Positions 1 through 13,380 of a stretch of DNA of 60,407 nucleotides are shown in pieces. The stretch comes from Craspedostauros australis. Its lineage: Eukaryota. Position 1 is the first letter of the stretch, and each line of letters starts with the position of its first letter. The notes under the pieces were generated by a model that saw only the letters and a list, made by a program, of their open reading frames with translations, was not told where the DNA came from and searched no databases. The stretch is from the NCBI GenBank assembly GCA_030167865.1, contig JALAGF010003140.1, forward strand, positions 1 through 60,407. Direction: 5' to 3'. Position numbers and translations under genes: made by a program.

Positions 1-224
1 GGAGCCAATGTGGTGCGCAGATTGTGAAAATGCCAGGGATGATAATGATGACCATGGGTGCTGAAGGTAGGGCAGCATGGTGGCACCCCGAATTTTTTGC
101 CACCCACCACCTGACTGACAGCAAGCCAAAATGACATTAAAAATAAAGTTCATACAAATTTAACTTCGATATTCAGAATAAGCGATAGCCAAGCGTCCGA
201 ATGCACTGTCTAGTTTTAATTTTA

Positions 225-247
225 NNNNNNNNNNNNNNNNNNNNNNN
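225..247. other. Assembly gap (23 N)
   Basis: Run of n at 225-247, flanked by AT-rich sequence unlike the rest of the window. Confidence 0.98.
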
Positions 248-1150
248 CATCATAAGCAGTTGTTTGGATGGTTTTGGGTGTGCTCTATTTTAGTCTACTT
301 TATCACGACTCATCACGAGTAAAACTCCACAACTAGTGTTATCGTGACCCATTCTGCATTTGGTGCAGGTCGTACATCAAAGCACGTTGATTGAGGCGAG
401 CTTGGTTCCAAGAATTCTAGTGTCTTGATGCCTTGACCTGCTCTGGGACTTCTGCACGAGCTTGTGCGACTTCGTCGGTTCTCATATCGTTCACTCCGTC
501 GAAATGTTGTTGCTGCGACCTTTGCTGAGTGTTGTTGAAATCACTTCCTATTTCATCATTGGAATCATCATCTTTGGCAGCGATCAGACCTGGTTTCCTG
601 TGTCTCTTGTGAGTGGAGAGCGTGGTAGATTCAATGAGAGCTACGTCTTACCGAGCAGAGCAGAGCCGAGAACAGAGGGCGGAGAACAGCATCAAGGAGC
701 TGCCGTTGTGATACCCCCGATTTCGCTGTCATTCACTCTGGCGAGGCTTCCTTCTCTGCACGAGTGTTGGTCGGGCTGGTGTCGATTTCGCAGGCGCTCG
801 TTGATCTTCCTTCAGTCACGGTTTTCGTAGTTGTTCGTTTCCCACATCATCGTTTTCGCGAGTGTGCGCGCTTGTTTGCTTGGCTTGCCAGCTGCCTTGA
901 CTTTTTTCTCTACGTCTGTCTATTCCCTCGTGTTTGGCTATGTTTGATTAATGTTTGTTGTTGTTACGTTGTGTTATGTTTCTGAAGTTGAGTCAAATTA
1001 AGTTAAGTTCTGTTCTGTTTTGATTTGTTGGATCATGTTGTTGTTGTTGTCGTTGTCGTTGTTGTTGTTGCCATTGCGATTGGTGGCATTCATATTCTTG
1101 TGTCGTGCCACGCGACCAGTGCGCCTTCCATCGCTGTTTGCGGAGCCGCC

Positions 1151-4100
1151 TCAAATCGAAATCTTTCGGTAAGGGCCTTTGCGGCGGCGGCTGTCGTAAG
1201 TTGAGAATGTTTCTTCCTCGCTGTTTTCATCGTCGTCATCGTCGCTGGAGTCCGATGACGACGGAGAAGACGAAGACGTGGAGGACCAGCCTTCCACAGC
1301 TTTCTCTGCGGAAGTCTCGACACTGAAGCGGTCCATCGTGAAGTCCATCGTCAAGTCGTCGTATGAGTTGTCGGAGTCATTGTCTCCGTTGCCATCGCCG
1401 TTGGCCGCGCCATCGGAAGTAGCGTTGCTTGCTCTATGACGCAGCGGCGGCGGTGGTTCGCCACACAACCAGTGCGGGATGCGGACAAGGAAGAGCCGGA
1501 TGACCATGTCGATGACGTTGACGGAGTGGAGAAGGACGTTGAATCCCAGCAAGGAGAAGAGCACGATGGTGAGGAACTCCGACAGGACGATGTTAACGAC
1601 GCCCAGGATGAGTCCGGCCACGAGAAAGTTCGACAGGACGATGGTGACGCTGACGACGCGTCCGAGGTAGGCTCGATGCCGGGCGATCTCGCTGCTGGCG
1701 AATTCCTGGTGGGCGGCTCTGTTGCCCCAAGAAAGGTCGGAGATGCGGGCGCTGGCGTAGGAAGGGAACCAGACGTAGAACCAGATGGACGAGAGGGTGA
1801 AAGTCGGGGTGAGCCAGAGCAGGTTAAGGAATGCTCGGAAGCTTGGCCGCTTGCTGTTGATGACACCGTCCATGAAGGCCACCAGGTACGGGAAGGCGAT
1901 CATGGACGTGAGGACCTTGAAGTAGATTGGTGCATCGTACCAACCGATGAAACGGTACACCCCGACCCCCACGTAGATGAACATGACAGAGACGAGGGCG
2001 TTGAGCAGGTAGGAGATGTAAAACAGGAAAGGCCGGAAGGCGCTGGCTGGGTCGATCTGGTAAAACACCTCACCGCTCTCCTTGTCTGTGACTGGAACCG
2101 CTCTCGGTGTGTGCGCGAACATGAAGATGCCAAAGATCGAAAGGTAGGTCGCGGCGGCTGCCACGCCACATGCCATCACCAAATGATCCACCTGTTTGCC
2201 GTCGAGGATATCTCGGATCTCTGCACCATCCCCCGAGTAGATGGCCGGGATCACGGTCACCATAAAGAGCAATCCGCATGCGATGGTTGCCGGCGTGATC
2301 ATGCGGATGAGGATGCCTTGGATGATCTCAAAGCCGAGGATCGCCGTTGCCCCTACCTTCGTCGACAAGCTGTGGTTGGCGCGGCGGACCCATCCCTCCT
2401 TGACCACCCAGTAACCTGCCATGTAGGCACCGTTTATCCAACGCCGGCGCTGCTTGACGAGCTGGCCAAGTGGCTTCTCCGCCTCGAAGTAAAAGATCGC
2501 ATCATGCTCGAATCCTGTCACTGGACGGTTCTTCTTCGTTTCGATGGGGTTTTTCCGGTCGCGGAAAGTCAGCAGCACCGGAGGGAAGCGATCTTCGGCA
2601 AGCTGGACGTTGCCAAGCACGATGTCCGTCCCGTCACCGCTGAGCGCCTGGGTCGTCAACGAGAAGTACTCATCGATTATGCCCATGAAGTGCTCATACC
2701 GGAACAAGGAGCAGGGACCTGGAAGGACCGGAATGAAGCCGAAGGAATCCACCAGAGATTTGGTTGTGCTTTGACTCATCTGCATCGTGAGTTTGTCGGT
2801 TGATTTGAGGTTGAGAGAGTATCAGAGAGGGGTCGAAGGGAAGGCGAGTTGATTGTTAGTCGGAGGAGGGGACGAAGTTGCTGTTCACGTCGCGCACCGT
2901 CAAGCCAGCGCAAAGGTGATCGTCTCGGTTGTGGCTGTGCGCACGGCACGTGGCGCACTGAAGAAATCAATTGCTTACCTCGAAGTCGTAGCTCTGCAGC
3001 TGGCGCAGGAAGTAGCCCATCGGGTCCGAAAAGAATTCAAAGCGGCCGTCGCCTTGAACGCTTGGTGACATCACGCGTTGATACCCAGTGAGACCGGACA
3101 TGTTCGGCTCTCTGTCCATCCGCTCCAGCATCAGCATCAAGCACCGTCGATCGAAGACGATGCCGCAGTCGGTTGCAAATGCGAATTCGCACTGCGCGTC
3201 GTGAGCATGACCGAAGAGCCACCATCTTTGAGAATTGACCTTGCGTTTGTTGTTGCGTTTCACGACGAGGGAGACGTTCGATCGCGTGGATGCGTCCATG
3301 TTGGCTGATTCCACCACGACAGTGTTTGCCGCCGGGAACGTGACGAAGGGGTTCTTCTTGGCATCGTCTTCCAAGACCGATATTCCGAACAGGATGCGCA
3401 TGTAGGCAGCCATGCTCTCCGAGATCTGCGCTGTGCCGTCCATCGCGACGACGATCTCGAGTCGGAAGCCACGTGGGAGGTACTGCTCCTGCAAGGATTC
3501 GATGGTTCTCTTCAACGCCAGAGCTTCCTCGTTGAAGCAAGGGATGCAGACGGACACGACTCTGGGAGGTATCGGGGTCTGGCCTCTAGGCGTCACACCG
3601 AGCCCGACATCCATGAGTTCTTGGTACCTGGCTGCCAGCGCTGGGAAGTACACCTTGTTGGCGCGCGGTGAGATCGCCTTGTACCCTCGTGCCACCCAAG
3701 ACAAGTCGCCTCGTTTGATTCTCAATCGAACTGGTCTCGGCTCGTTTCTGCCAGACCTGCGCCCTCTGCGCTTCTGCCGCTTCTTTTTGCCCTGCTGCTG
3801 TTGCTGGCGCTTCTTCGAGCCATTGCTATGCTTCGTCGTGGCGGCCTTCGTGTTGGTACTGCTCGACTTTTGAAAGTCGTCGTTGGTAATCTCCATGCCG
3901 TCCCCTTGATGGTCAGCGTTTGTTGCTGTGCCATAGCCCAACGCTTGGCCAAGGTTTGATTGCGGCTGGGGCTCTCGAGAGTATGCCATGGCTGTGATCA
4001 TCTTCGCTTGATTCTGGGCGATAGCGAGCCTTGTCGAATCCTTCACCGAGCTCTCTGGCTTGCCGTTGAGGAGGATTGACAGCGCGACTCGGTGGGCATC

Positions 4101-4226
4101 TGCTTTGGTTCCACCTGAGCCCAGGATGGAACGAGCCGCAAGGAGAGCATGGGAACCGGCGAAACCGGCTTCCACGGTGTTGGGCGTCGCCTCGGTGCGT
4201 TCCCCGTCGTCGAAGGCGATTGGCAT
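1151..4226 (-). CDS. CHS: Chitin synthase (GT2), ~958 aa, 2 exons: 4226-2979 and 2779-1151
   Basis: Motifs CIPCFNEE, VAMDG, KRNNKRKVNSQRWW, ATDCG, FGFIPVLPGPCSLFRY, LAEDR and QRRRWING, then several TM helices. Phase-0 intron 2978-2780 (GAG|GTAAGC...TGCAG|ATG) joins QLQSYDFE to MSQSTTKS in frame. Confidence 0.93.
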
Positions 4227-5326
4227 TGTACCTACTCGTGCAAGTGTATCAGTACAATACGTTGATAGTAGCTTCTGGGGGGGAAGTGTGCCTGCCTCGC
4301 TGTTTGTTTTGATGCTTTGGTGTTTCTTTGAGTATTGCTGACACAGTTGGTGTTGGTGTCGGTGTCGGTGCTACCGCCGTTTGTGGATATGGCGTGAACG
4401 AGTGAGACCAGTCCAGCCGCTTTGCAAAAAAGTTGTGAGTTGTTGTCGCTTCTTGGTTTGCCTTCAGTTTGTGGTCCTCGGTTTGCAGTGTACGACTGCG
4501 GTATACGATTTGTGTTTCGTGTTGTTGGTGTACACACTGTGCTCGGCAACTCCGGACCTGTGATTGCCGTTGTTGTCTTCGAGACGATTTTGAATGGTGA
4601 GAAAGACTTGGATCACTGAGTTCACCTGTTACCACAGTGTGTGCCTCGTTGGCGTTGTGGGAGTGTTCGTGTGTCTCTGCATGCGCGCATTCGTACTAGT
4701 TGGCGAGTTTGTGAAGCTTTCTTCGTTGTCGCACTCACGCATCCTTTGGAAAAGCGTGTGTGTTTGTGTCGTACTCGCACGTTGTTGGTATGTGTTTGTC
4801 CGCCTGTGACAATGACGCAGCAACTCGAATCTTACGTGATCGAAGTTTTTCATCATGTGGCCTTGTTTCCCAAACGGCTTTGTGACAATCTCTGGCTCGC
4901 CACACTGTCATCCGATACATGTTTGTCAGTATTGCCGCATGTGTTCGGGACCGTTACAACAGGGATGCACAGTGTTGTACGATGTGCCATACCATTATCC
5001 GTCCCAGAGTGCACAAACCATTTGAAATTACTGTCACACCACTGTTCGCATTCACAGTGTCCATTTCTGACAACACGTCGAAGCAAGACTGATACTCCAA
5101 CCAGAGAAATCTCGCCAAAACCAATTCTGTCGTGGATGATTGGATGGTGCTGGGTGAACGGGAAAGTTCCCGTCTGTGTGTATTTTCGATACTGTTTTCA
5201 TTCACGAATATATTGTCGGTTGTTGCGGACTACTTTGAGTCGAAGCGATCTGACGTGTGGAGGCGAAGCACGGGGCAGTCCCACGACTCTCACCCAATGC
5301 AGACGTTGCCCGCTCTACGCACTGTT

Positions 5327-5354
5327 CGTTGCTCGTTGCTCGTTGCTCGTTGCT
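5327..5354. repeat. (CGTTGCT)4 microsatellite
   Basis: Four consecutive 7-mers in the intergenic region upstream of the chitin synthase. Confidence 0.85.
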
Positions 5355-5719
5355 CATTGGTCGTTTTTCGTAAGTGTTAATTCCAGCCTCTGTGGGTTTC
5401 TCTCCAGGTCACAATCATCTCATACTCCAGAATTCACCAGAGACAGACAGAGACAGAGGCAAAGCATCGTTCAGCGCAGTACGAGTAGGTGCTGCATTCA
5501 GGCGCACTTCTGTTGTTGCTACTATTGCGCCGCTGCTGCTGCTTCGCGAGGGTACTCCATGTGCCACATGTATGGCACTATGCCGTCTCTTCCCTGCTAC
5601 CAAATACAAAATACCAACCACCAACCACCAGCTACCAGCTATCAGCCAACATTCGATTGGCGATGCCTGGCGTGAACAAATCAGTCCAGCCGACCGTAAC
5701 TACTCCGCCGAGCCATTCT

Positions 5720-8700
5720 CTAATTCATTTCGCTCACGGCCAATTCGAAGATGCCCTGCCCTGACCTGATGGAGCTATGCACCAGGACCCTGTAGTGCCC
5801 ACCAACCTCCGACGGGAATTGCAGACGTGTCTGATTCACGTACAACTCGACCGGTCCGACCTCATATCTGCAATCCGGCAATTCTTGCTGCCCCTCCCGA
5901 ACCCTCTGAAAGGCGGAGCCTGATGCTTGGATAATCTTGATCGCCGTATCGAAATCTGTCACCTTGCCGCACGTTGACAGCGCAATCGTCTCGCCCGTTC
6001 CCTCCAGGGAGAACCAGGTCTGAGGACTGCTGTTGATGTCACCGAGACCGATGACGTCCTCGAAAGATCTATATTTGGGGCCGATTGTGGTTGAAACCAC
6101 CGTTGAACCAACAAGCAAGGGCTGCAGGTCCGACGAATAAAAGCTGTTTCTCTCCGTGCGGATGCTATCCTGCGGTTCCAGCGTCAGTGTAAAGTCTCCT
6201 GCTTCGTCTACCGCGCCTCCGTTTACGTAGATGTGGTAACGCTGACTCTCTTCTGCGTGCCACAGAAGTGAGCTCTGTTGTCCACACGCATCATCGTTGC
6301 CCCACTTGCACACCAAGCTGGAGCAATCATCGCCAATGTAAACGGTGATTTGGGTATCGAAATCAAGGCCACGGGCTAGATTGTCCGTGACATTGTGCTC
6401 GCCGTCATCTGCAAGCGCATCAGTCTCATTGCCGGTGCATGTGTGGACCCGAAGGACCTGGTCGTTTCCGACCAGCGTGTACCAGACCCCAGACGACTTC
6501 ACGAATGATGCGTCAGCGCATTTTTCTTGCTTGACTGCCGAAAATGCTGCACCCCTGGTGGATCCAGATAACGTGTAGGCTCGTTCAAGCTTTTGGGTAG
6601 TGCTCAAGCCAAAGCGTTGCTGGAGATCGATGGCGGTTTGGCACACTGTGTTTTCCTCCGTCTCACGCACAGCTAGTCTGAAGGTTTGGTCTTCGCCGCC
6701 TTGGTTGGCTTGGTCAGCTTGTGGCGTCTGCGATGAGACGAAGATGAAATACTTCTCCCCCACGTCTGTCTTCCAGAACACCTGGCTGTGACGGCCGTCG
6801 TCGGGACATTCCTGCCGGAATGTGTCGGTCACGCACGCGAGCCCATCCCACCCACACGTCCCGCTCATAACTTGAACGGTCACGCCAACATCGAGCTGCG
6901 TGCCGCAAGTGGACGCGCTCATCATCGCCCCAGTCCCGTCAATGTCGTACCATGACCCTGGTCCCTTTGTCCAGACAAGTGCAGCAGATTCACCTTGCGT
7001 CATGCAAGACGCGACGTCACTTTGGACCGAGAAACGATTCTCCTGTGCGTTTTGCGTCTCAGAGCTCGGCAGGAAGATGGGAGAGGACTCCGTGCAGGTT
7101 GGCTTCCCTTCCGGTGCCATGGGCTGGACTGTGATGTCAAATGCGCTGGGAGGCTGGATGTTGGAATCAGCGTCTATGCTGTCCTGGTCGCCGCCATCGT
7201 CGCGCACCAGCACAACGACGTAGTATATTTCGCCCTCCACGGTTGCCCATGACGTCCGTTCTGACCCACCGCCACTGGCGCCGCCAGTACCGCAGGTCGA
7301 TGGACTTCTTTCGGGTTCGGATGTATCTTCGACGCAAACAGAGGATCCGCAGCTGCCAGTTGTGATTACGAGCGTGAGCCTGCGGAGGCGGTCTTCGGAA
7401 AATTCGCTGCTCGCTTCAATTGTATCCTGATCAATGCTGGGGCTTGAGCCCGCAATGCTGTTGGTGCTGGTGCCGTTGACCCAACAGGCGGACGCTTCGA
7501 ACCGGGATCCCGTGCCAACAAACGAGAACCATCGTTGCTGGCCTTCTATCCCACAGAAACGCGCCTCGTCACCTCCGGCCTCATCGCTGCTGGGCGCATC
7601 CAGCACCGATTGTCTCCCGCTGCTACCAACGGTCAAATCCAACGGAATCGCAGAATCGCAAGTATGTCCAGCGAGCTCCAATATTTCGAGGGAGAACTCG
7701 AATTCGTCGTCGTCGTCGACTCCGACGAGGACGAGATATCTCTCATCTTGGAAGGTGTCTATGGTCAGGGCGCAGGAGTCTCCGCAAGGCGTTCGCGTCA
7801 CGTCCATGCAGGTCAAATCCTCGCATTCGCCACGATACACGGCCATCCACGCCCCGGCTGCTCTTGCGCTTGGCCTTGGCGTTGAGATGATACGGACAGA
7901 GTTTCCAGTGCCTTCGAAGCCGGTCCAAAATCCTTTGGCATCGCCATTGGCAAGATCGTTGCACGACGCAGGCCTTTCCATTGTATTCCAGGCTGGCATG
8001 GTGGATAGGACGCCGGCTGATGCGTCTTCTTGTGATCCTTGCAGTTGTATCCAAAGAGAGCTCTCGCATATGCTTCCAGCGATGATGTCCTTAGCCCCGC
8101 CGTCGTCGCAGCTGAAGAACCCTGCGTCACCATCGCAGCTGAAGTGCAACCCTGCGGCGATAGCGAGGAATGCGACGACGGCGCCGCCAAGCAGGGCGGC
8201 AAGGATCGTCAATCGCTTCCGCCTAGCTGGGATGGAGCTCCCCTCAGGCGAGGCAATACCCAGCATGCCATCTTCTGATGGTGCAAGGCGCACCGCAATG
8301 ACGCCGGCGGGCGTGAGATCCAAGGACAGGCGGGGATCGTGAAACGGAAACGCCACAGAATCAGCCCGTTGCTCGGGCTTGGGGAGAGACACGACGACGA
8401 CTTCCACTGCGCCGTTGGTTGCACTGTTGGGAAGAGCAGCGCGTGCGTTGTACTCGATATCATCCATCTGCTCTCCAGAATCCGCCGTGCCCTCGTCGCT
8501 CCGCCCTTCACTCTGTTGCGATGCAGTGTCCAGAGACGCATTCATGTTCACCACCTCGTCGGCCGTTGGATCCAAATCGACGCTACGGGCTTCCGGAACC
8601 GCAGATGCGTGGCCCGGTGCCGACGATTCGTCGGTTACCCCGTTCGGATGTCTGGTGATCATGGTCCGGCCATTGATGACCTGGCCATTGGCTTCGATCG

Positions 8701-10589
8701 AAAAAGCACCAGGTGGGACATGGTCCGGCAACTCGTCCGGGGAGACGCTGCTGTCATCATCGTCCGGGATCAAACCTCGCAGAGTGCCGGGACGCAGGCT
8801 GTCCCGGGCACTCATTCTGCTCGCAGGGTGATGAGCAATCGGGTGGCATGTGTCCAGAGGGGAGCGGGGGTATTCCATTTGCATTGCAACAAGCGGTGGT
8901 TTGTGGGTGTGCGAGGATGGTGGAAGGTTTGGTTGAAATGAGAACAGAGCGGAGCAACGCATTGGCATGAGCATGGGAATGAACATGGACACAAGCACGA
9001 GGACGAGTACACCATAGAGTTGCGCACATATTTTGGTACAATGCACATGCAGTGCACATTCAGGACTCAAGGTTGAGGCGAAGCATTAGTAGAGCGAGGC
9101 TGTGGTATTCGCCGCGATCAAAGATGGCGGAAGACTGCAGACCATGACACATCGCTTCTGCAACGTCGCATCCCATCGATCTTGTTTTGAACGGTTGGGT
9201 TTGCCGCGCCCTCTAACCTGGTGAAGCATTGAGACGAAAATGACGCACAAGGACTACGATGAGGGGGGCGGGGGGAACTGCGCTGTTGAGCTGAAAGTGG
9301 GCCTGGACGTACCTGTTTGATGACCTTCGGCTGATCGAACGGCGGAGGGATCTGGAGCGTCGTTTGTGGTCTCGTGATTTGAGATCGTCCCGAACCCCCG
9401 AGCTATACATGCTGGATCTTCTCCGGTCGCTTGAGAGCGTGGCAGCCGCCGCTTCTGCTCGCCTGGCCTCCATCTCGCTTTGGTATGCATCGTCTGGTAT
9501 GAACTTCTTCTGCTTGTCTTCCATCTTTTGCAAGGCAGTTGCGACATCGTAGGACCCTTTGTTGAATGCTCTGCGATTCGACACGCCTGGTCCCTTGTCC
9601 GAGGACACTTGCGTGACACCGTCGTCATCGCCTTTCGGCAGCATGCTGATGGTGCCGTTGGTGTGTGTGGATTGAAATGAAGCCCGTGCAGTCCTCCCGC
9701 CCAAGGAAAGGCGGCCAGTCTTCGCCAGATCATTCGTTTCTGAGGCATCAATGTGCGGAACCGCAGTCTCGTTGATGCCGATGTCGATTTTGTCTGTCGG
9801 AGCATCACTGGTGCCAATGTCTCCAATCGGTTCCTTGTCCACGCTCCGCGTTTCAGACACGCTCTTAACAGGCTGGCTTGAATCAGTCGTCGGTACTCCT
9901 CTGTTGCCTACGTTCGATCTTGATGGAGAGGATGGTGCGTTTGGTGCAACGCCTGTCTTGTCCACAGACGGGGACATCTGCGCTTCAATCGACGCATCAA
10001 TGTCTGCTGCGGTACTCTCAGGAGTGACTTGAATCTCAGGAGTAGCTCCATGATTGGGAGTCACGGCAGAAGCGACCGGGAGCGATTGACCCCAAGCACC
10101 ACCAAGAACAGGGTTGGGGCTGGCAAGCATGATTGCATCGCCTGTGGACTGTATTGCGAAAAGGTCGATGAGACTTCCGCCATCATCAGTACACCCACCT
10201 GGATATCTTGGCCCCGTGGCGTGGCTTCGTGCAACACTGGCAGACCCATCCAAATTCGGTTCTCCCGCGCGCTGTGCCGTGACAGGCGGACGCGTCGCTT
10301 CGTCTGCTTGATTTTGTCCATTGTGCTGCTGGTCTCGGGCAAGCCCCAGTTGAAGGTTGATGGACTCCAACACAGATTCAGCATTGGCGTGCTGGCTTGG
10401 CCGGATGCTGGGTTCCCCTGCATCTATTTGCAGCCCCTGCCATTCGCTGTCTCCGTACTCCTCGTTCAACTCCAATTGTATCCGACTGCTGCGCTGCCTC
10501 CGCAGATCGTATTCGCCTTGCTCTTCGCCGGGCTGCACCTCTCGCTGCGCGTCGTCCGACATTTGAACGTTCTCTCCCTGTCCTTCCAT
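5720..10589 (-). CDS. Type II single-pass membrane protein, ~1457 aa, disordered N-terminus plus five Cys-rich repeats; exons 10589-9313 and 8816-5720
   Basis: ORFs 9213-10667 and 5720-9070 join via phase-2 intron 9312-8817 (AACAG|GTACGT...GAGCAG|AATG), giving ...RRSSNR-MSARDS... One TM segment LTILAALLGGAVVAFLAIAAGL (~8213-8148). Loose repeat consensus W-x-x-x-x-GTG...STCG...DFDT-x-I-x-VY-x-G-x-C-x-x-L-x-C. Confidence 0.8.
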
Positions 10590-13316
10590 GCGCGCCTTTG
10601 GATGTCGGTGGGTATGGAAGGGGAGGGAAATGGTGCTCCTGTGCCGCCGCTTTGTCGCTGGATGCAAGGCCGCGAATAGCTGCGTGGGGTGTACTCCTTG
10701 TGTTCCTTCTGTAGGCCACTCCGGAAGGTCACTTCACAAGGTCACTTCGAAAGCTTGCCGGCCTCGCCTTTCTCCTTTTGTTTGTCTTCGTCTCTGTGGC
10801 GTGCGCTCTGTCTCTCTGTCTCACACGCGCATACATACGTACGCACACTGTCTCGTTCGCCCGTGTGTCCTTCAGAACTTCCCCGCCTATTCGTACTCGT
10901 ATGGACACACCCTCACGATGCTCCTCTATCGGGATTGGCTTTCTGGGGCGTGCTGTCTCGTTCACCCTTCCGAAGTTTCGAAGGGGCTGCGCTCTGAAGA
11001 GAGAGAGAGATTCTGTTGGAGTTTCACGAGGGACCTGTTTGCGGCCACGAGACCGGCTGCTGCTCTTCTTCGGTGCTATGGTTTGGCGTGGCGTGGTGTG
11101 GTGTGTTATGGTATGGTATGGTCGCTTTTGTTCGCCTGCCTTGGTGTGTCGGTGGCGACGGAAATCTCCAGGTATGGTATTGCGAATAGCTTCCTCCAGA
11201 GAGTGCGACTGATGGTATTGTGAAACGCGGTAACGGCGAACACAGTCGCTGTGCAGATTTCTGGGTTTTGCGAGTGTCGTTGTGTTGGTGGGAATCGTGT
11301 CGACACAAACTACACAGAACAGGAAGCTTGCTCGACGCAGCGCGTGCTTACCTACCATGGCGTCGTGTTTCTGTCACCTCTCTGTTCTTGTTTCTGTGTT
11401 GCCGTGATCCTGACCAGCGCGGCCAGGTTGCCATGTTTCGGGATCCAGTTGGGATCGTCGAGGTCGTCTCTCAGGAACACAGTAAGTACTATGTTCTTTC
11501 GTGTTTGACCAGATTGGAAATCTAATCTGTGTGAATAGACTTGGGTACAGATGTGAAGTCCATTGAGTCAAACATCGCGACGTCGCGAACAGACCCAAGA
11601 CGCGCAAACAGCGTGTCTGGCTTTGTGGCCACATGACAGGATGACGAATTGGGTTGATAGAAATCGACAGAATTGTTCAGTCTCGGTGACAAAGTGAAAG
11701 CAAAACCACATAACGAAGCGTGTGACAGCATTGCCCGCTCAAGATTGGTGTCTGTCTTGGGCTGTGTGTGGGCGAAGCCAACAAGTTCGGATTGTTCCTC
11801 GGGGTGTCTTGAAACCGTTTTTCGTGGCTTGTTTGAGGTGATTCGATGACCTCACTCGTACTTGTACTCGTAGCCACAGTACCGGATCAGAGCACAATTG
11901 TGTGGCATCGTGCAAGTTGCTGACTTGTGTCTGGGAACGATCTCGCGCCACCGGGCAAAGACAAACTCGAGGTCCTCTCTGGCCATTGTCGAACACTGGC
12001 TGCCCAGGCGCGCCAGACACGTCGGAACATCTTTATCTCGCACTGGTTATGGTCACGCTTGAAATCGTCCGTAAATGCGTGAGATGCAGCAGTGCACAAC
12101 TGCCTTTTTTCTTCGGCGATGAGCTCCCAGTGATCTCCGACCTGTCTTGCGCAATGGCGATGGCAGCGGAAGCGAAACAATCTATGCTGCACAGGGCGCC
12201 TGGTGCGCAAGGACTTAATCAGGTCTGCGACAGTGAAAGAGACATGCGACGACCAACTCCATCTCCACGAGATACTAGTATCCCATCTGCTCCGCAATGG
12301 ACGAGCTGCTTTGTGCATGCATCGTACTTCTACGCAATCGACGCATCCCCCTCCCTTTCTCTCACTCCGCCAAGAGAGATAGAAAACCACCTCCAGGGGA
12401 GACTTGCTTCTTTCTTCTCCAACACTTCAGCCCACAAGAGCGATAGTTGGTCGTTCCTGAATATCCTCGCGAGAGATGGGCAGAAACGAACCCTCCCGAG
12501 AAAGCGGAACGAAGTGTGCGATTGGCGACTGCTTTTCGACTCCACCAGAACGCACTCCTCACAATAGTAGTCGTACTGTGTGGGTTCCTCCACGACGAGC
12601 CAAAATCTTTTTCCTGGCATGCTTGTCCTCTAAGTACTTTGATCCCAACTTCAATGTGTTGGGTATGCACAGGTAGCGATCATGGTTTTTGGAAGCGCAG
12701 TTCGTTTTGGAGGCGAAAGAGCGGAAGCGTTCAAGTACACTCCTGCGATGTTGAATCGTGTCACATGCGACAACAACATGATGTCAGCACGATCAAACTC
12801 AAACCGAACACGTTGCTTTGCCACGATCTCTTGTGTTCTTTGTTCGTATCTTGTGTTGTCTTGTTGCGTGCTGTGATGTGTTGTGGTGAATACCGTGCGA
12901 GGCTGCACCCTGTGTCTGCAGAGCAGAGGATTTATGGATGTACTTTTCCATAAGTACTGCGCTTTGCAATGACCCAACCAATGCTCCCCGCTGAAAGGAG
13001 TACAGTGGGGCATGTGCAAGTAGTCGTTGGGAGAATAGTGCTTGCGTACCTACGCGCGAGGAGTAATCCACGCCCAGGAAGGGAATACTCCCATACGATC
13101 GCGATCGTTCTCCCCGTAGTAATTCACTCTCCCAAGCACCACATTCCACTCCACTCCACGAAACTTCGCGAATACTGGTTGCGGGTTCGTGATGCCACCG
13201 CCGCGGCTGCAACCAGTCCATCCAGGTGGCGGCAGTGAGAGAAAAAGACACACGACGCCAACCTCTTCTTCCCTGGGTCTCTCAAATCGCACTTCCAGCA
13301 ACCGCTGCTGAACTAC

Positions 13317-13380
13317 TGTATAGTATTCTATTATATTATATTATTCTATATATATTCTATTATATTATATTGTTATATTC
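13317..13380. repeat. Degenerate AT-rich (TATTA/TATTC)n microsatellite
   Basis: ~64 nt almost purely A/T within otherwise mixed-composition intergenic DNA. Confidence 0.85.

Noticed and set aside
1436-2803. 455-aa plus-strand ORF
   Set aside because: Antisense shadow of chitin synthase exon 2; no independent motifs.
4641-5675. 344-aa plus-strand ORF
   Set aside because: Non-ATG start, Cys/Arg-rich random composition, runs through microsatellites; intergenic.
8817-9070. Apparent hydrophobic N-terminus of the 1116-aa ORF
   Set aside because: TTG start, built from simple repeats, and lies within the predicted intron 8817-9312.
11887-12953. Overlapping 100-220 aa ORFs in the large spacer
   Set aside because: No recognisable domain, strand preference or convincing splice structure.
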